A stretch of DNA of 63,730 nt, filler included, from Catajapyx aquilonaris (lineage: Eukaryota), in the NCBI GenBank assembly GCA_000934665.2. It is 4 parts of 4 records of this genome, joined end to end, with 100 filler letters (N's around TTAATTAATTAA, not from the genome) between each part and the next. Parts side by side here need not be neighbours in the genome. Positions count along the whole stretch, not along the records: positions 15,977 to 31,834 come from KZ539678.1; positions 31,935 to 47,786 come from JYFJ02007369.1; 2 more parts are not named here. One strand, 5' to 3'. The notes under the pieces are model-generated. The model searched no databases. It had not been told where the DNA came from and saw only the letters and a list, made by a program, of their open reading frames with translations. Shown one piece after another: positions 22,418-34,900 of this stretch; within the stretch, counting starts at the first letter, position 1, and each line of letters begins with the position of its first letter. Position numbers and translations under genes: made by a program.

Positions 22418-22518
22418 TACTGTATGTCTCGCAAACAAAGAAATATATAAGTCTTTAGACAAACTAAACAGAAGACAAACTAAAAATCTATGTGATACGG
22501 TAAATTTTATTATACTGC

Positions 22519-22619
22519 TTTTAATAAACTACTGAACATAGTGTAGACTATTTTGATAAGATTACTGCTTACGCATTCGTATCAAAATAGTCTACACTAT
22601 GTTCAGTAGTTTATTAAAA
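22519..22619. repeat. Perfect ~40-bp-arm hairpin (mini-MITE)
   Basis: TTTTAATAAACTACTGAACATAGTGTAGACTATTTTGATA ... TATCAAAATAGTCTACACTATGTTCAGTAGTTTATTAAAA. Confidence 0.85.
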
Positions 22620-23046
22620 ACATCTGAAGAACCCCCTTTTCGCGTTCCTATGACAAATTTTGAATTTGTTTTCCGATTATCCGGGCACACCCATGCATTC
22701 ATTAGCACGGACAAACGGGAGTACACGGTACTTAATTATTCCAACACTACGTCACTCTCTAAGTCTAAGCATTTATACTGTTAATTTTGGTACCGTTGCA
22801 TTTATTTTTCGTACAAAAAAAGTTTATTTGAAAATTATAGTGAAGCTCTTGAAAAATCGGTTGAACTCTCGTGGCATTTTAGAGGTTTTTCAAAGTTTTC
22901 ATTTTTAACAGAAGCCGGAAGAGAAAGAAGTTGGGTTCCGTGCAGAAAATCACGAAGAACAAAAAATAGTTTTTTCAATTATTTTTACAACGAATTGCAA
23001 GCCACTGAAGCTGAAGATACATCTTCTGATTATAGTACTACACGTA

Positions 23047-23119
23047 GGGGGAGGTGCGGTGGCCGAAATGTTAACGTCTCGGCTTGCTGAGTGAAAGGTC
23101 CCAGGTTCTATCCCCGCCA
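23047..23119 (+). mobile_element. SINE family A, tRNA-like head only
   Basis: Matches the first ~75 nt of the copies at 267, 38675 and 42718. Confidence 0.8.
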
Positions 23120-23194
23120 GAACTATGTTTGTTAAATTTGAGCAGATATGACGAAATACTCGTACTGTAATAAAATTGATGTAAAACATGTTAA

Positions 23195-23610
23195 AGTGAC
23201 ACTCCACTCAAAATACAAGTTGGCCCCCAAAAATCGGGAAAGAAATCCTGATTCCGAATCTGCAATCGGTTTTTTTCTACGCCCAACGGTAACACGGAAA
23301 ATCATATATCTACACACGTCGTCTGCTAAGAAGGGCGATACAACAGCATCTCGCGGCAAACCGGAGAAGTATAGTGTGGTCAGTAAACACCATGCCGCGC
23401 CAGGCGAGCATTGTCTAGTTCCGCCCGGTTCCACTCTGGGGGCGTCGCCACCTGCGCCCACCTGCCCCGCGCGCGGTTTTCGAACGACACATTTCCAGCT
23501 TTCACTCTGGCCTTACCGTTCGTCTCTAAGAAAATCTGCTTATACCCTCGGAATCAGGAATTTTTGCCCGATTTTTAGAACCCAACTTGTATTTTGAGTG
23601 GAGTGTCCCT
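23195..23610. mobile_element. MITE with TTAA TSD and AG..CT termini (Kolobok-like)
   Basis: TTAA|AGTGACACTCCACTCAAAATACAAGTTGG ... CCAACTTGTATTTTGAGTGGAGTGTCCCT|TTAA. Confidence 0.8.
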
Positions 23611-24974
23611 TTAAGCGACATTTTTGTACTGATGTTTAAAAAAGTTAATTCCTTGTCATATGAAAACAATTCAATTACAAACGGCAGGTATATTATTTTG
23701 AAATTAAATGTAGCCTACTACAACTTCATCAAATTGTTTTAGGATGAAAAATAAAAACAGAATTAGAATTTTTTCATTAAAACATGACAAAAGCCTGTAC
23801 TTCGAAATGACTGCACTGCGCTTGGCACGTTTTTCTCCCGAGACCTTCCTGATAATCTTGCCTCAGCATCGCTCTGTCTCGAGCTGACGAGGGTGACGTC
23901 ATGGGGAGGGTAATATCGTATAATAAAATCGATCACAGCTCGAAAAACAAAACAAAAAGCGTCAAAATTCATTTAAAAATACGGACGATCTTTTTACATC
24001 GGTGTGCAAATTGTAGACTAGGACCCTACTAAAACTGTAGAAGAGCAAGAGCTAAGCTCTCAGCAGCATGACAAAGATTAATATGCTACTAGAAGACAAC
24101 TTCAAAGCAGGGCATCCATCAGGGGGCCGTCGCGAGGGGGCTTCCTAGGATCTTTCCTAGGGGCCCGAGACCCTGGGGGGCCCAGTCGTGGCATATGAAA
24201 ATACAGAAGCGCCAACTGTAATGGTCACACGGCCAGACGCAAAAAAAAATATGCCCGCGGCGGGCTTGCTCTCCGCCCTTTACGATTTCTGTTCATCCCT
24301 CCCCCCCCCCCAAAAAAAAATATATAATCTGCCTACACGCCTGGAAACACCATGAAATGACTAATGAAGACGGAGCGAAACAAAAAAGTGCATGTATTGT
24401 AATATATCTTACTGATATTCAGGGCCGGACTGGCTAGTGGTTGGCCCCACCGGCTGTTAAATCGTGTTGGCCCCCAATTGCGCAATCATTTGAATGCGCT
24501 TAAGCAACATCTAATATTGTTCATTTATTTTCTTCAAATCACTGTTGAACACTGTAATTGTAACTTAATATAAGCTTTCTGTATATCCCTCACCAGTGGC
24601 GAATCCAGAAATCATTTCTGGGGGGGGCACAAGAGTACTTCTCTGGGGGGCGGGGGGCGAAGGGCTCGCCGCAGGCGATTTTTTTCCGGTTCAAGGTCAC
24701 AACGCTTTCTCGCGACCCCAATTTTGGGGTCGCAACCGCAAAACGGAAAGGAACCCATAGAACAGTGCAATTTTGCACTGTTCTAGAGGGTTTTTGCGAG
24801 TCCCCCCCCNNNNNNNNNNNNNNNNNNNNNNNNNNNNNNNNNNNNNNNNNNNNNNNNNNNNNNNNNNNNNNNNNNNNNNNNNNNNNNNNNNNNNNNNNNN
24901 NNNNNNNNNNNNNNNNNNNNNNNNNNNNNNNNNNNNNNNNNNNNNNNNNNNNNNNNNNNNNNNNNNNNNNNNNN

Positions 24975-26351
24975 CAGGGTTGTGAACCGAACCGAACCCT
25001 TGCTCCGTGAACCCGATAACAGCGAACCCGATCCGGAGCAGTAGAGTCGGGTTCGGAGCGAGCGTCGGAACGGGGTTCGGGTTCAAGGCGGCTCCGGAGT
25101 TGAGTGGAGCCAAGGTCGGAGCTGGTTCGGAGCAAGCGCCGGAACGGGGTTCGGGTTCAAGCCGGTTCAGGGGAAGAGTGGAGCGAAGGTCGGAGCTAGT
25201 TCGGAGCGAACGGGTTCGGAGTTGAACCCGGTTCAGGAGCGGGGTTCTGAGCATGTTCCGGATCGGGTTCGGAGAGGTTCAAAGCTTGGTTAGGTACAAC
25301 ATACCAACCCAACAGGGAAAAAGGCAGCAAAACCGATGGATTTACTCCAGAGTATGCATCATGTTTTCATGGTGGGAGAATGACATTTCCAAGCACCCGC
25401 GATACAGGGTGTACCGCAAATGTCACATTTTCATGCATATGCGCATTTTGGTATGTTACAATATGTCATGCGCATTTTTGTATACTACAATATGTCATGC
25501 GCATTTTTGTTTGTTACAATATGTCATGCGCAGTTTTGTATGTCAGAATATGTCATACGCATTTTTTGGATGTCCCATTCTCATATCATATGCTTTTTTT
25601 GTATGTTACAATTATATGATATTGTAACATACAAAAAAATGCGTCAGACATGAAAATGGGACATCCAAAAAAATGGGGATGGCATATTGTGGCATACAAA
25701 AATGCGCATGACATATTGTAACAAACAAAAATGCGCATGACATGAGAATGTGACATCAAAAAAATGGGTATGAGATATTGTGGCATACAAAAATGCGTAT
25801 GACATATTGTAACATACAAAAATGCGTATGACATATTGTGGCATGCAAAAATGCGCATGACATATTGTAACATACCAAAATGCGCATATGCATGAAAATG
25901 TGACATTTGCGGTACACCCTGTATCGCGGGTGCTTGGAAATGTCATTCTCCCACCATGAAAACATGATGCATACTCTGGAGTAAATCCATCGGTTTTGCT
26001 GCCTTTTCCCCTGTTGGGTTGGTATGTTGTACCTAACCAAGCTTTGAACCGCTCCGAACCCGATCCGGAACACGCTCCGAACCCCCCTCCTGAACCGGGT
26101 TCAACTCCGAACCCGTTCGCTCCGAACCAGCTCCGACCTTCGCTCCACTCTTCCCCTGAACCGGCTTGAACCCGAACCCCGTTCCGGCGCTTGCTCCGAA
26201 CCAGCTCCGACCTTGGCTCCACTCAACTCCGGAGCCGCCTTGAACCCGAACCCCGTTCCGACGCTCGCTCCGAACCCGACTCTACTGCTCCGGATCGGGT
26301 TCGCTGTTATCGGGTTCACGGAGCAAGGGTTCGGTTCGGTTCACAACCCTG
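24975..26351. mobile_element. ~1.4-kb almost spacer-less palindromic element containing two minisatellites
   Basis: Ends are CAGGGTTGTGAACCGAACCG ... CGGTTCGGTTCACAACCCTG. Outer arms carry GGTTCGG(A) repeats. Inner arms carry ~29-bp ATATGTCATGCGCATTTTTGTATGTTACA repeats. The centre is at ~25616. Confidence 0.88.
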
Positions 26352-26768
26352 GTGAAAATACAGCCAAAAGGCGATGTTCCGAAGCCACAACACTCGCATC
26401 TGGTCCCGAGTCGCCGGTCATCGCCAACGAGGGATAAATAGGGTACAAGCCGTAAAGGTCCGCCATCATTGATGGTTTTACCATGGCACTTCACGGCAAG
26501 AACATGCGCGAATTTGAATATATTTGCCGTATGAGCTCCTTTAATGCACTTTTCTACGTATTAATTCCTTAAGTACGGCAAAAATATTCAAATTCGCGCG
26601 TGTTCTTGCCATGAAGTGCCATGGCAAAACTATCAAAGATGGCTTTACGGCTTGCCCGGGGCCTGCCTGTATCCTATTTATCCCTCGGTGGCGCTGGCCG
26701 GCGACTCGGGACCGGATGCGAGTGTTGTGGCTTCGGAACATCGCCTTTTGGCTGTATTTTCACCCTGC
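26352..26768. mobile_element. Palindromic MITE whose left terminus is clipped by the adjacent element
   Basis: GTGAAAATACAGCCAAAAGGCGATGTTCCGAAGCC ... GGCTTCGGAACATCGCCTTTTGGCTGTATTTTCACCCTGC|TAA. Confidence 0.8.
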
Positions 26769-28689
26769 TAACGTGGAAATTAGCAGCGGAGGTGATGTTT
26801 TATCAACACTATATATAGGACAAGCAGAGTTTTAAAAAAAAAAACCCAAAAAATTCATAAGTCAGGAAGGTAAGAAAAGTAAATTTGGTTGTCAGTGAGT
26901 CCGTTGCTAAACTCACAAGGGACACTTTTTCCCAGTGCCACTCACGGATTTTCATGAAATTTCACCCAAAGGGATGAAAAACACACACAGTTACCTCCTC
27001 AAAATGACCATGTGAGCCCTTTACAATGAGGTCAGGAGTCAACCCGTGATTTTCTCAAAAGCATTTTGGACCTCATGCATTAAGCATACCGTATACTAAA
27101 AATGACCCCAAAATTGATTTCTTCGTGCTTCGGATATGTTGTTGGGGGTGGCGAGTAGGCCCCGTGTGCAAAAGGAGCAGCCTCGATTGGCCCGGTTAGG
27201 CTTGTAGGCCGGTCACGTGACCTAGCATTTAAAAAATCACCACGCCCAAACGACGTTGATTTAAGAAATTATTTTTGGCAAGGAGGTATATCTAGCCTAG
27301 TACTATCTAACGCTACGATAGAATTCCATCTAGCTCGTCTCTGATTGGCCGAAATAGACAACGAGTGAAAAACAAGTGGCCTTTTTACCAATTTAAAGCT
27401 GGCCGCCCAACATGACGTATACCTTATTTGACAGCTCCAAATAAGTTTTACACCATATTTAAAAATCAGACAATTCTATCCGTGGGCCGCTATATTTTAT
27501 TTAATAACAACCAAACACCACCCTTATAATTCACACAAAATAATGTACTACTACCACGGTGCAGCTACAACGGTGCCTCCACTTCGGCCAAAATAGCTGC
27601 TTATTCGTGAAGCCCTTCTTGAAGGCAAAATCAGCTTAGAAATCTGCCGACAGAGCGCGCGACGATCGACATTAGGTCGACCACCCAAGGAACAGTGAAT
27701 AGGCCTCTCTTTTATTCTCTAATCTTTGAGACCACAGACGCTTGACCAGGCCTAGACTGCTTGAGTGGAAAGTAGAGAAGTTAACATATTTACCAACGCC
27801 TGGGCCTCAGCCTCGACCTAATGTCGACGCAGGTGCGCTCTGGCGGAGAAATTTTGAACCCGCTTTTGCCATTCTGACGGGCTGCACAAAAAAACCGGGA
27901 GAGGAGATACAGTTCTAAATCTACCTTGACTACTATACCCACCCTTTATACTATTTTGAGCCATCCATGGAGTTCATGAATCTTAAAATAACATGACGAA
28001 GGTCTTCGGCGAATATTATGCGATTCACGAGTCCTGGCCTGTTAGGCTCCACCCACCTCCTCCAACGTCAGCGGCGGAAGAAATCAGGCCTGGAATGCTC
28101 GTAATTCTCGCGAGTAGGAGCCATTGGTGCGGGGTTCGGTCTCAACAAGGGATAGGTGGTTCGTCGTATTTCCATGACTGGTTGTCCCCCCCAATGCGAT
28201 CCACTGCTGCCAAGTGCTCTCCCCCATCTTCCTGGCAGGCGTGTGAGGCCATGGTGGACGCGGACGTGGCAGCCTCGTCTTCAGAGGGCGGAGGGCGGGG
28301 GAGGAGCCTAACAGGACAGGACTCGTGAATCGCATAATATTCGCCGAAGACCTTCGTCATGCTATTTTTAGATTCATGAACTCCAAGAATGGCTCAAAGT
28401 CAAAATTATATAAAAGGTGGGTAGTAGTACATTTGTGTGAATTATAAGGGCTGTGTTTGGTTGTTACTAAATAAAATATAGCGGGCCACGGATAGAATTG
28501 TCTGATTTCTTAATATGGTGTAAAACTTCTTTGCAGCTGTCAAATAAGGTATATACGTCATGTTGGGCGGCCAGCTTTAAATTGGTAAAAAGGCCACTTG
28601 TTTTTCACTCGTTGTCTATTTCGGTCAATCAGAGACGAGCTAGATGGAATTCTATCGTAGCGTTAGATAGTACTAGGCTAGATATACCT

Positions 28690-30113
28690 CCTGATAGAAT
28701 TCAACAACTATTTGCTCAATTGCCCAAGGATTTAGCTTACAACCTATTTAATTTTTTGGAAAATGCTGTAAAAAGGAGAGATTTTTGTGACTAGTTTTGG
28801 ACGGCACTGTTTCCACGTACACCTTGTTATTTATGTATAGCCTACATATTATGTCATTGTAATTGGTATTTGTTGATATTGACCTTTCTTCAGTGGCTTA
28901 TGTGTTGTATAATTCGGAGCTGTGTCCCCCTTAGGGCCGATTTCTCGAACAGTGGTTCAAGTCAGTTTGAACTGAGTTTGCGCTACACGCTGGATGCAGT
29001 TTAAACTCCCCTTCCGAGTGTGCGTATTTCTCGAGCGTAAACAAACCCTCGGTTACTATGTGAACGACAAGCCTCGGTTAGAATTGCGCCGTTGCCACAT
29101 GTCGCGTCGTCCCCATCTCCCCGAACCCGGTCTGAGCTTCAGCGCGAGTCTTTACCGGCTTGTAAACAAACTTTAGTCAGCAAGTCTCGAAGATGGAGTG
29201 AGGGACATCGCATTTGAAAGGGACGTTTTTTGACTAGTTGCCGACGTTACGCCGTAAAATGATTTTTTATGACACTTCTCGGAGGCCAAAAAATTCACGC
29301 TGTGGACCCTGGGTAGTGCAAACTTTGTCTTTCTAATGATATATTTGTAACTCGGAAATCGCCATTTGCGTAATCATAATTAAGTTAATTGCACACCTCT
29401 GTTATCTCGGCCGTTTATAATCCGAATTACTTCACGAATGTACCGATGGAAAGCCAGAAATGTGCGTGATAAAATTACATAGTGCTACACTACAAATTCT
29501 AAACTTATTTAAAAGTATCGCCGTCTATTCCCGCCAGAAATCGGGCTGAGTACTTGTCTATTAAACTTACTAAAACAATACTTTTGAAAATTTTAGTGTA
29601 ATAGAGCACAATGTAATTTTATCACGCATATTTCTGGTTTGCCGTCGATACATTCGTGAAGTAATTCGGATGAGAAACGGCCGAGATAACTGAGGTGTGC
29701 AATTAACTTAATTATGATTACACATAGTTGCGATTTATAAATTTCTAGCATATCATTAGAAAGACAAAGATTTGCACTACCTATGGTTCACAGCGGGAAT
29801 TTTTTGGCATCCGAAAAGTGCCATAAAAACTCATTTTGCGGTGCAACGTCGGCAACTAGTCAAAAAATGAAACTTTTCATTGTTGTTCCCGGCATTCCAA
29901 ACGTGGTTTATTTCAGATAACGGCCGGCAATCGGGCCGTCAGATGTGAACCGAGTTTAAACCGTATCCATGGTTTGTTTTTGCCTCGAGAAATGGAAATT
30001 TCTCTGAACTGGGTTCAAACCGGACTTGAACCTTGTTTACATTTGAACCACTGTTCGAGAAATCGGCCCTTAGAGGGCCCCGCCCTATAATGGGGTAAAT
30101 AAAATTAAAAAAA
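28690..30113 (+). mobile_element. 5'-truncated LINE-like retroposon (ORF end, 3' UTR, A-rich tail)
   Basis: 16-bp TSD TAGGCTAGATATACCT at 28674-28689 and 30114-30129. ORF tail RIQQLFAQLPKDLAYNLFNFLENAVKRRDFCD*. It ends GGGGTAAATAAAATTAAAAAAA. Confidence 0.75.
28934..30069. mobile_element. PIF/Harbinger-like MITE with TTA TSD and an internal ~640-bp palindrome (29226-29866)
   Basis: TTA|GGGCCGATTTCTCGAACAGTGGTTCAA ... TTGAACCACTGTTCGAGAAATCGGCCC|TTA. Confidence 0.85.
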
Positions 30114-31659
30114 TAGGCTAGATATACCTATTTGCCAAAAATCATTTCTTAAATCAAAGTCGTTTGGGCGTCGTGATTTTTTAAATGCTAGGTCACGTGA
30201 CCGGCCTACAAGCCTAACCGCGGCCAATCGAGGCCGCTCCTTTTGCACACGGGGCCTACTCGCCACCCCCAACAACATATACGAAGCACGAAGAAATCAA
30301 TTTTGGGTTCCGTTTTAGTAGGCTATGCTTAATGCATGAGGTCCAAACATATTTGACGGAGGTCAGGGAAGCTGTCCATTGTTGCATTGTTGCTGTCTTA
30401 TACTTTGTGATGATTTATTAGCCTACATTGTGTGAGGTAATGCTGTGTAATGTATGTAATGTTCTATTTTGTTTTGTCATTCTGTCTTCATACAGAACAT
30501 TTTCAGTTCGTATTGTTGGTTCAGAGGACACGTTTGTCAAGTACGCGAGAGGCATTTTGTCAGCGGTTGCCGTAGAGGCGATAAACAAGTCGGTTTCCAG
30601 GCGATTGGCCAGATAATCTGATATTGTTAACAGCTAGCACACCCACAAAAGTATAGGCTGTCTTGAACGGGCGAATCTAGAGATCAAGAAGGCTGTAAGA
30701 AGAGATTGGCCTGCAGGTGAGCTCAGCAGTGATGAGAGTCACTGATTCCGCCAATGAGTTTAGCAAAGTAGGTACTCTCCGAGTATGTTGCTAAATTCAG
30801 CGGCGTATTAGATATGAAATAAGTAAACAGCAATGACAGCACTTGGGAACTAAAACACCATTCATTTTAGTTACGAGATGGCCACGAGTGGACCAACGGT
30901 GGCCCTGGTTCCGCCAAAGATGGTGATATTCTACGGGGGTAAGTAGTGCGCATTTCAATAATTATTATTGTAAGAGGCCAAGTTCCTACGTATAATTATA
31001 TTCAATAATATTCCCGTGATATAGGAACGCGGGTTATGATAGAGATGTTGTGTGAAATGCCTTCTTAATGCCATTTTTATAACTACTGCATCCTGGCACG
31101 TCGCATCTAAATTATTTTAAAAAATAACCTCCATTGGTTTGGTGACATTTCTTCTCCTCCCAAGTAACAGTGGTAATATATAATCTACCGTATGTCAAAC
31201 TAACAGTAACATTTGTTGCAGCAAAATAAATTTATTTATCATTTGAAAGATTGCGGTAAAGTACCTAATATTATTATTTATTGAACAATATATTATTTTA
31301 TGGAATGGTTGAATTCCCTTTTAATCCATCCGGTATGGCTGCTGCACGGCAAAAAGTAGCATCGGATTTAGATATGGCCCGTAGCGAGGCTTCAATGGGC
31401 CCCTAGGCAGTTTCACTCGGGGGCCCCTCTCCCATTCCACGCCCTCCTGCCTCAAACTCTTCTCCATTCCACTAAAAAAGTGACACTACGAAAAGCAAAA
31501 TTTAAAGCACCAATGGGTTTTATTTCTTTCAATCTACAAGAGGGTAAACAATCTTGCCTTGCTCATTGCAAATGATTGCATTGCCCCGTTGAAGTGTGTG
31601 TGTGTTTTTTTAATTGCAAGTTCATGTTCAATGGATAGCACAGCCCACGGTCATATAAG

Positions 31660-31834
31660 TAAGGTCTGGTCACTCCCACCCACCCCCTGCCGGGGCGTTT
31701 TGCACCGGGCGCTCACCTGAGACCGCCAGGAGTCATTTCGGGGGCCACGACATAGTGGCGACCCTACCGGACTAAGGCTGAACTTTATAGGTACGAAAGG
31801 GGAGGGCTACATTGGGGGCCCAACATGGCCGCCG
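31660..31834. mobile_element. Half of a palindromic MITE, same family as 59418-59727, cut by the scaffold end
   Basis: Shares AAGGTCTGG.CACTCCC..CTGCCGGGGCGTTTTGCA..GTGGCGACCCTACCGGACTA..CCCAACATGGCCGCCG with that copy. Confidence 0.75.
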
Positions 31835-31934
31835 NNNNNNNNNNNNNNNNNNNNNNNNNNNNNNNNNNNNNNNNNNNNTTAATTAATTAANNNNNNNNNN
31901 NNNNNNNNNNNNNNNNNNNNNNNNNNNNNNNNNN
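31835..31934. other. Artificial scaffold linker
   Basis: N44-TTAATTAATTAA-N44. Confidence 0.95.
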
Positions 31935-31995
31935 GTGCAATCTCTCACGTTGTTGTCTTTTGGTTTGTTCGAGGATTTCTTCTTGTTTGCGGATT

Positions 31996-34900
31996 TTACC
32001 CCAGCTTCTGGCAGATGGCATCAGTGAACTCGGAGCACTTGCCCTTCCCTCCCAAGTCACCGGTGAGCACCTTCGCTTCCTTGAGTGTGGCCAGGCAGGC
32101 AGCCTCTATCTTTGCAGCATGATCCTTCATGCCCATGAATCTCAGCATCATGACGGAAGACAGCAGCAGTGCTGTTGGGTTCGCCTTGTCCTGACCAGCT
32201 ATATCTGGTGCCGTGCCATGTACCTTTTGGATTAAATAACGAGCCATTAGTTCCAACAGGCACATTAAAGTTCTGCAAAGTAATTCTCATGGACGTTAAC
32301 AATTGTGTCACTAAAAGGCTGGGAAATTACATACATCATGACTCAAATTATGGCATGGTTCATAAGTTAGCTCATATCCACATCAGGAAATTACTTGTGG
32401 GAAATTTGCATCTGCAAGATTTTTACGAATGCGGATGTGAGCTAACTTGTGAAGCATGCGATACATTATATACAATTAAGTCATCATATTGCACACTTTG
32501 ACAAGGTGCTACTACCCAAATAACGTGTAGGATAACATGCGCTTCAATATATATATTTTCTACGATCCATGTCACTCAGGCTCTATGTCCAAAAGTAAAA
32601 ATGCAGTACACCTGTCAACTCATGATTAATTCAATCCATGTACAGTTCAGTCACGACGTACAATAATCTTTTCCCGATTCATGAACTTGGGCTGAATGCA
32701 TCTTGAGCTTACAGAACTGCACTGCATTAGGACTTGAGGTAATAATCAGGTCTCGTGGACCCCTAAAAACATACTGTGTTGGCATACTGAAGTGTGGATG
32801 TGGTACACGAGTTTACATCTCCAGGTGAACACACGGTTAGGAAAAAGAAAGCTCATCCACTTACACAGCGCTGCCCAGCAAGGGTAAAGCAAAATGTTTC
32901 AGGTCATTTCATGGCATTGCAACAACAGGCCATAATATTGGAAAACAAATTACAATATTTGAAGTTTGCATATATAACTTCTCATTAGCAACACATTTCA
33001 CCTGGTGTTTTCAGCATAAGAGAAGGGAATGTGACTTACAGACTCAAAGATAGCTCCCTCGAGTCCAATATTTCCGCTGGGAGTAAGACCAAGACCTCCA
33101 ATGAGGCCGGCGCAGAGATCGGAGAGGATGTCACCGTAAAGGTTGGGCATGACCAACACGTCATATTGGGCGGGGTCCTGCACCATGTTGAGGCAGACCG
33201 TGTCCAAGTATTTCTCCTCAAACCTTATTTCGGGGAACTTCTCAGCAGCCTCACGACAGCATCGGAGAAACAGACCATCTGACATTCGCCTGGGGAGAAA
33301 CGAAATTAGTCAAAATGACAAAAGAGAAGGAATAATGCAAAGTCTCACATGATGTTGGCCTTGTGTACAGCTGTGACCTTAGCCCTCCCGTTGTCTTTTG
33401 CATAACTGAAAGCGTACTCTGCAACACGCTTGGAGGCTGGCTCGGTGATGAGCTTGATGGACTGCACCACTCCTTCCACAATCTCATGCTCTATACCCGA
33501 GTACTCGCCCTCGGTGTTCTCACGGATGGTTACCACATCCACGTCTTTATACAGCGTCTCGTAACCCTCAATTGACCGGCAGGGCCTCACGTTCGCATAG
33601 AGGCTAAACTCTCTGCAAGGCAAAAGAGATGCAATCAGTGAAAGCCAGTCTCTAAAATATCACAGGAGGTGATGTCACAGATTACGTAAAATCTTAATCT
33701 ATATTTTAGTTTGTTTGTGAGTTTGTTTGTCCCTTATAGAAATCCAGGGGAAGGCCCCTACACCGCCTTAAATTAGCATATCGGGGGTTACATTTTCCAA
33801 GGAATCTAATGCCGCATGTTTCAGCTTCGGAAAATGAACCTAACTCCCACAACACCCATATTCCCGAATCTTCTCACTTCTCGGGCCTCAACAATTAACT
33901 TACATCAATAACAATATATCAATTTGCATTCCCATGGATATGCCTTTTAAAAAAATATGGCTATTTACCTCCCTGCATTGTATACCGCAGGGAGGGAACC
34001 TTTATTCTGTCTTGATGGAACCTTTTTGACGTGAGTTTTCACGTGAGTTCGTATCTTATGGTAATTCTGGGATTTTGTGGGATTTGAAAGTAGACTTCCA
34101 GACAAAAGTAAATACAATAAAATAATACAGTATTTACAAATATTACTCCGTGTTGAAAACAAAATTTTCCACCATGCATCTGTACGTACACTTCTAAAGT
34201 TCTTTAGAGCAAACATATGGAACGAGGTGGGGGTGTGATTGTAACTTAGAAGGCCCATTTTAAGACATATCGAGTTTCGAGTGTATGGAAGGGAAATTTT
34301 TACAAACAAACACACTTTCTAATATACTGTATATGTACAGTGCTGGACAAATTAGCCGTCGCTGAATGTTTTTTTCCGCCGGCGGCGTTACCTGGCAACC
34401 CTGTCCGGCGGGCCAATTCAAACATCAGCCCGTGGAGAGCGCTTCCATTGTTGCCACTGTTTACAAATCGAGTGAGTGACCCCAAAATGACTCATTGCTT
34501 CTAACATCATTTTTTCCCCCGTTTTCTCCTGCGTATCCCTGCAGATACTGTGTAAGCAGGCAGAAGAGACCCGTCGCTGGGTATTCCCCATCACTCACTC
34601 GATTTGTAAACAGTGGCAACAATGGAAGCGCTCTCCATATTATGCTGATGTTTGAATTGGCCCGCCGGACGGGGTTGCCAGGTGCCGCCGGAAAAAAGCA
34701 TTCAGCGACGGCTAATTTGTCCAGCACTGTACCCCTACCTTTACCAGCACCCCCAACATACCCGGACAACGCCTGGTAACCTGCTAGTACAACATAATTA
34801 ATCTCGCAATTTCCATGGCAACGAAAAGAGCAATGGAAAGGTACAGATTATCCTAAGAGCTTTGTGTTGAAATGTGATTAGTGAATGCTCACTTTCTTAG

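Larger units (their letters stand above)
27065..30347. mobile_element. Large foldback element with nested insertions
   Basis: Ends are TTTGGACCTCATGCATTAAGCATA ... TATGCTTAATGCATGAGGTCCAAA. The arms pair around a GC-rich centre (~28050-28300). The right arm is split at 28690-30113 and the left arm has an extra ~27553-27930 segment. Confidence 0.85.

Noticed and set aside
24120..24810. Complete hAT-like MITEs starting CAGGGGGCCG / CAGGGCCGG / CAGTGGCG
   Set aside because: Only single ends are visible. I could not establish partner TIRs or 8-bp TSDs, and a gap follows.
25440..25880. CRISPR-like array of ~29-bp repeats
   Set aside because: The repeats are contiguous with no unique spacers, the context is eukaryotic and there are no cas genes. 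It is a minisatellite.
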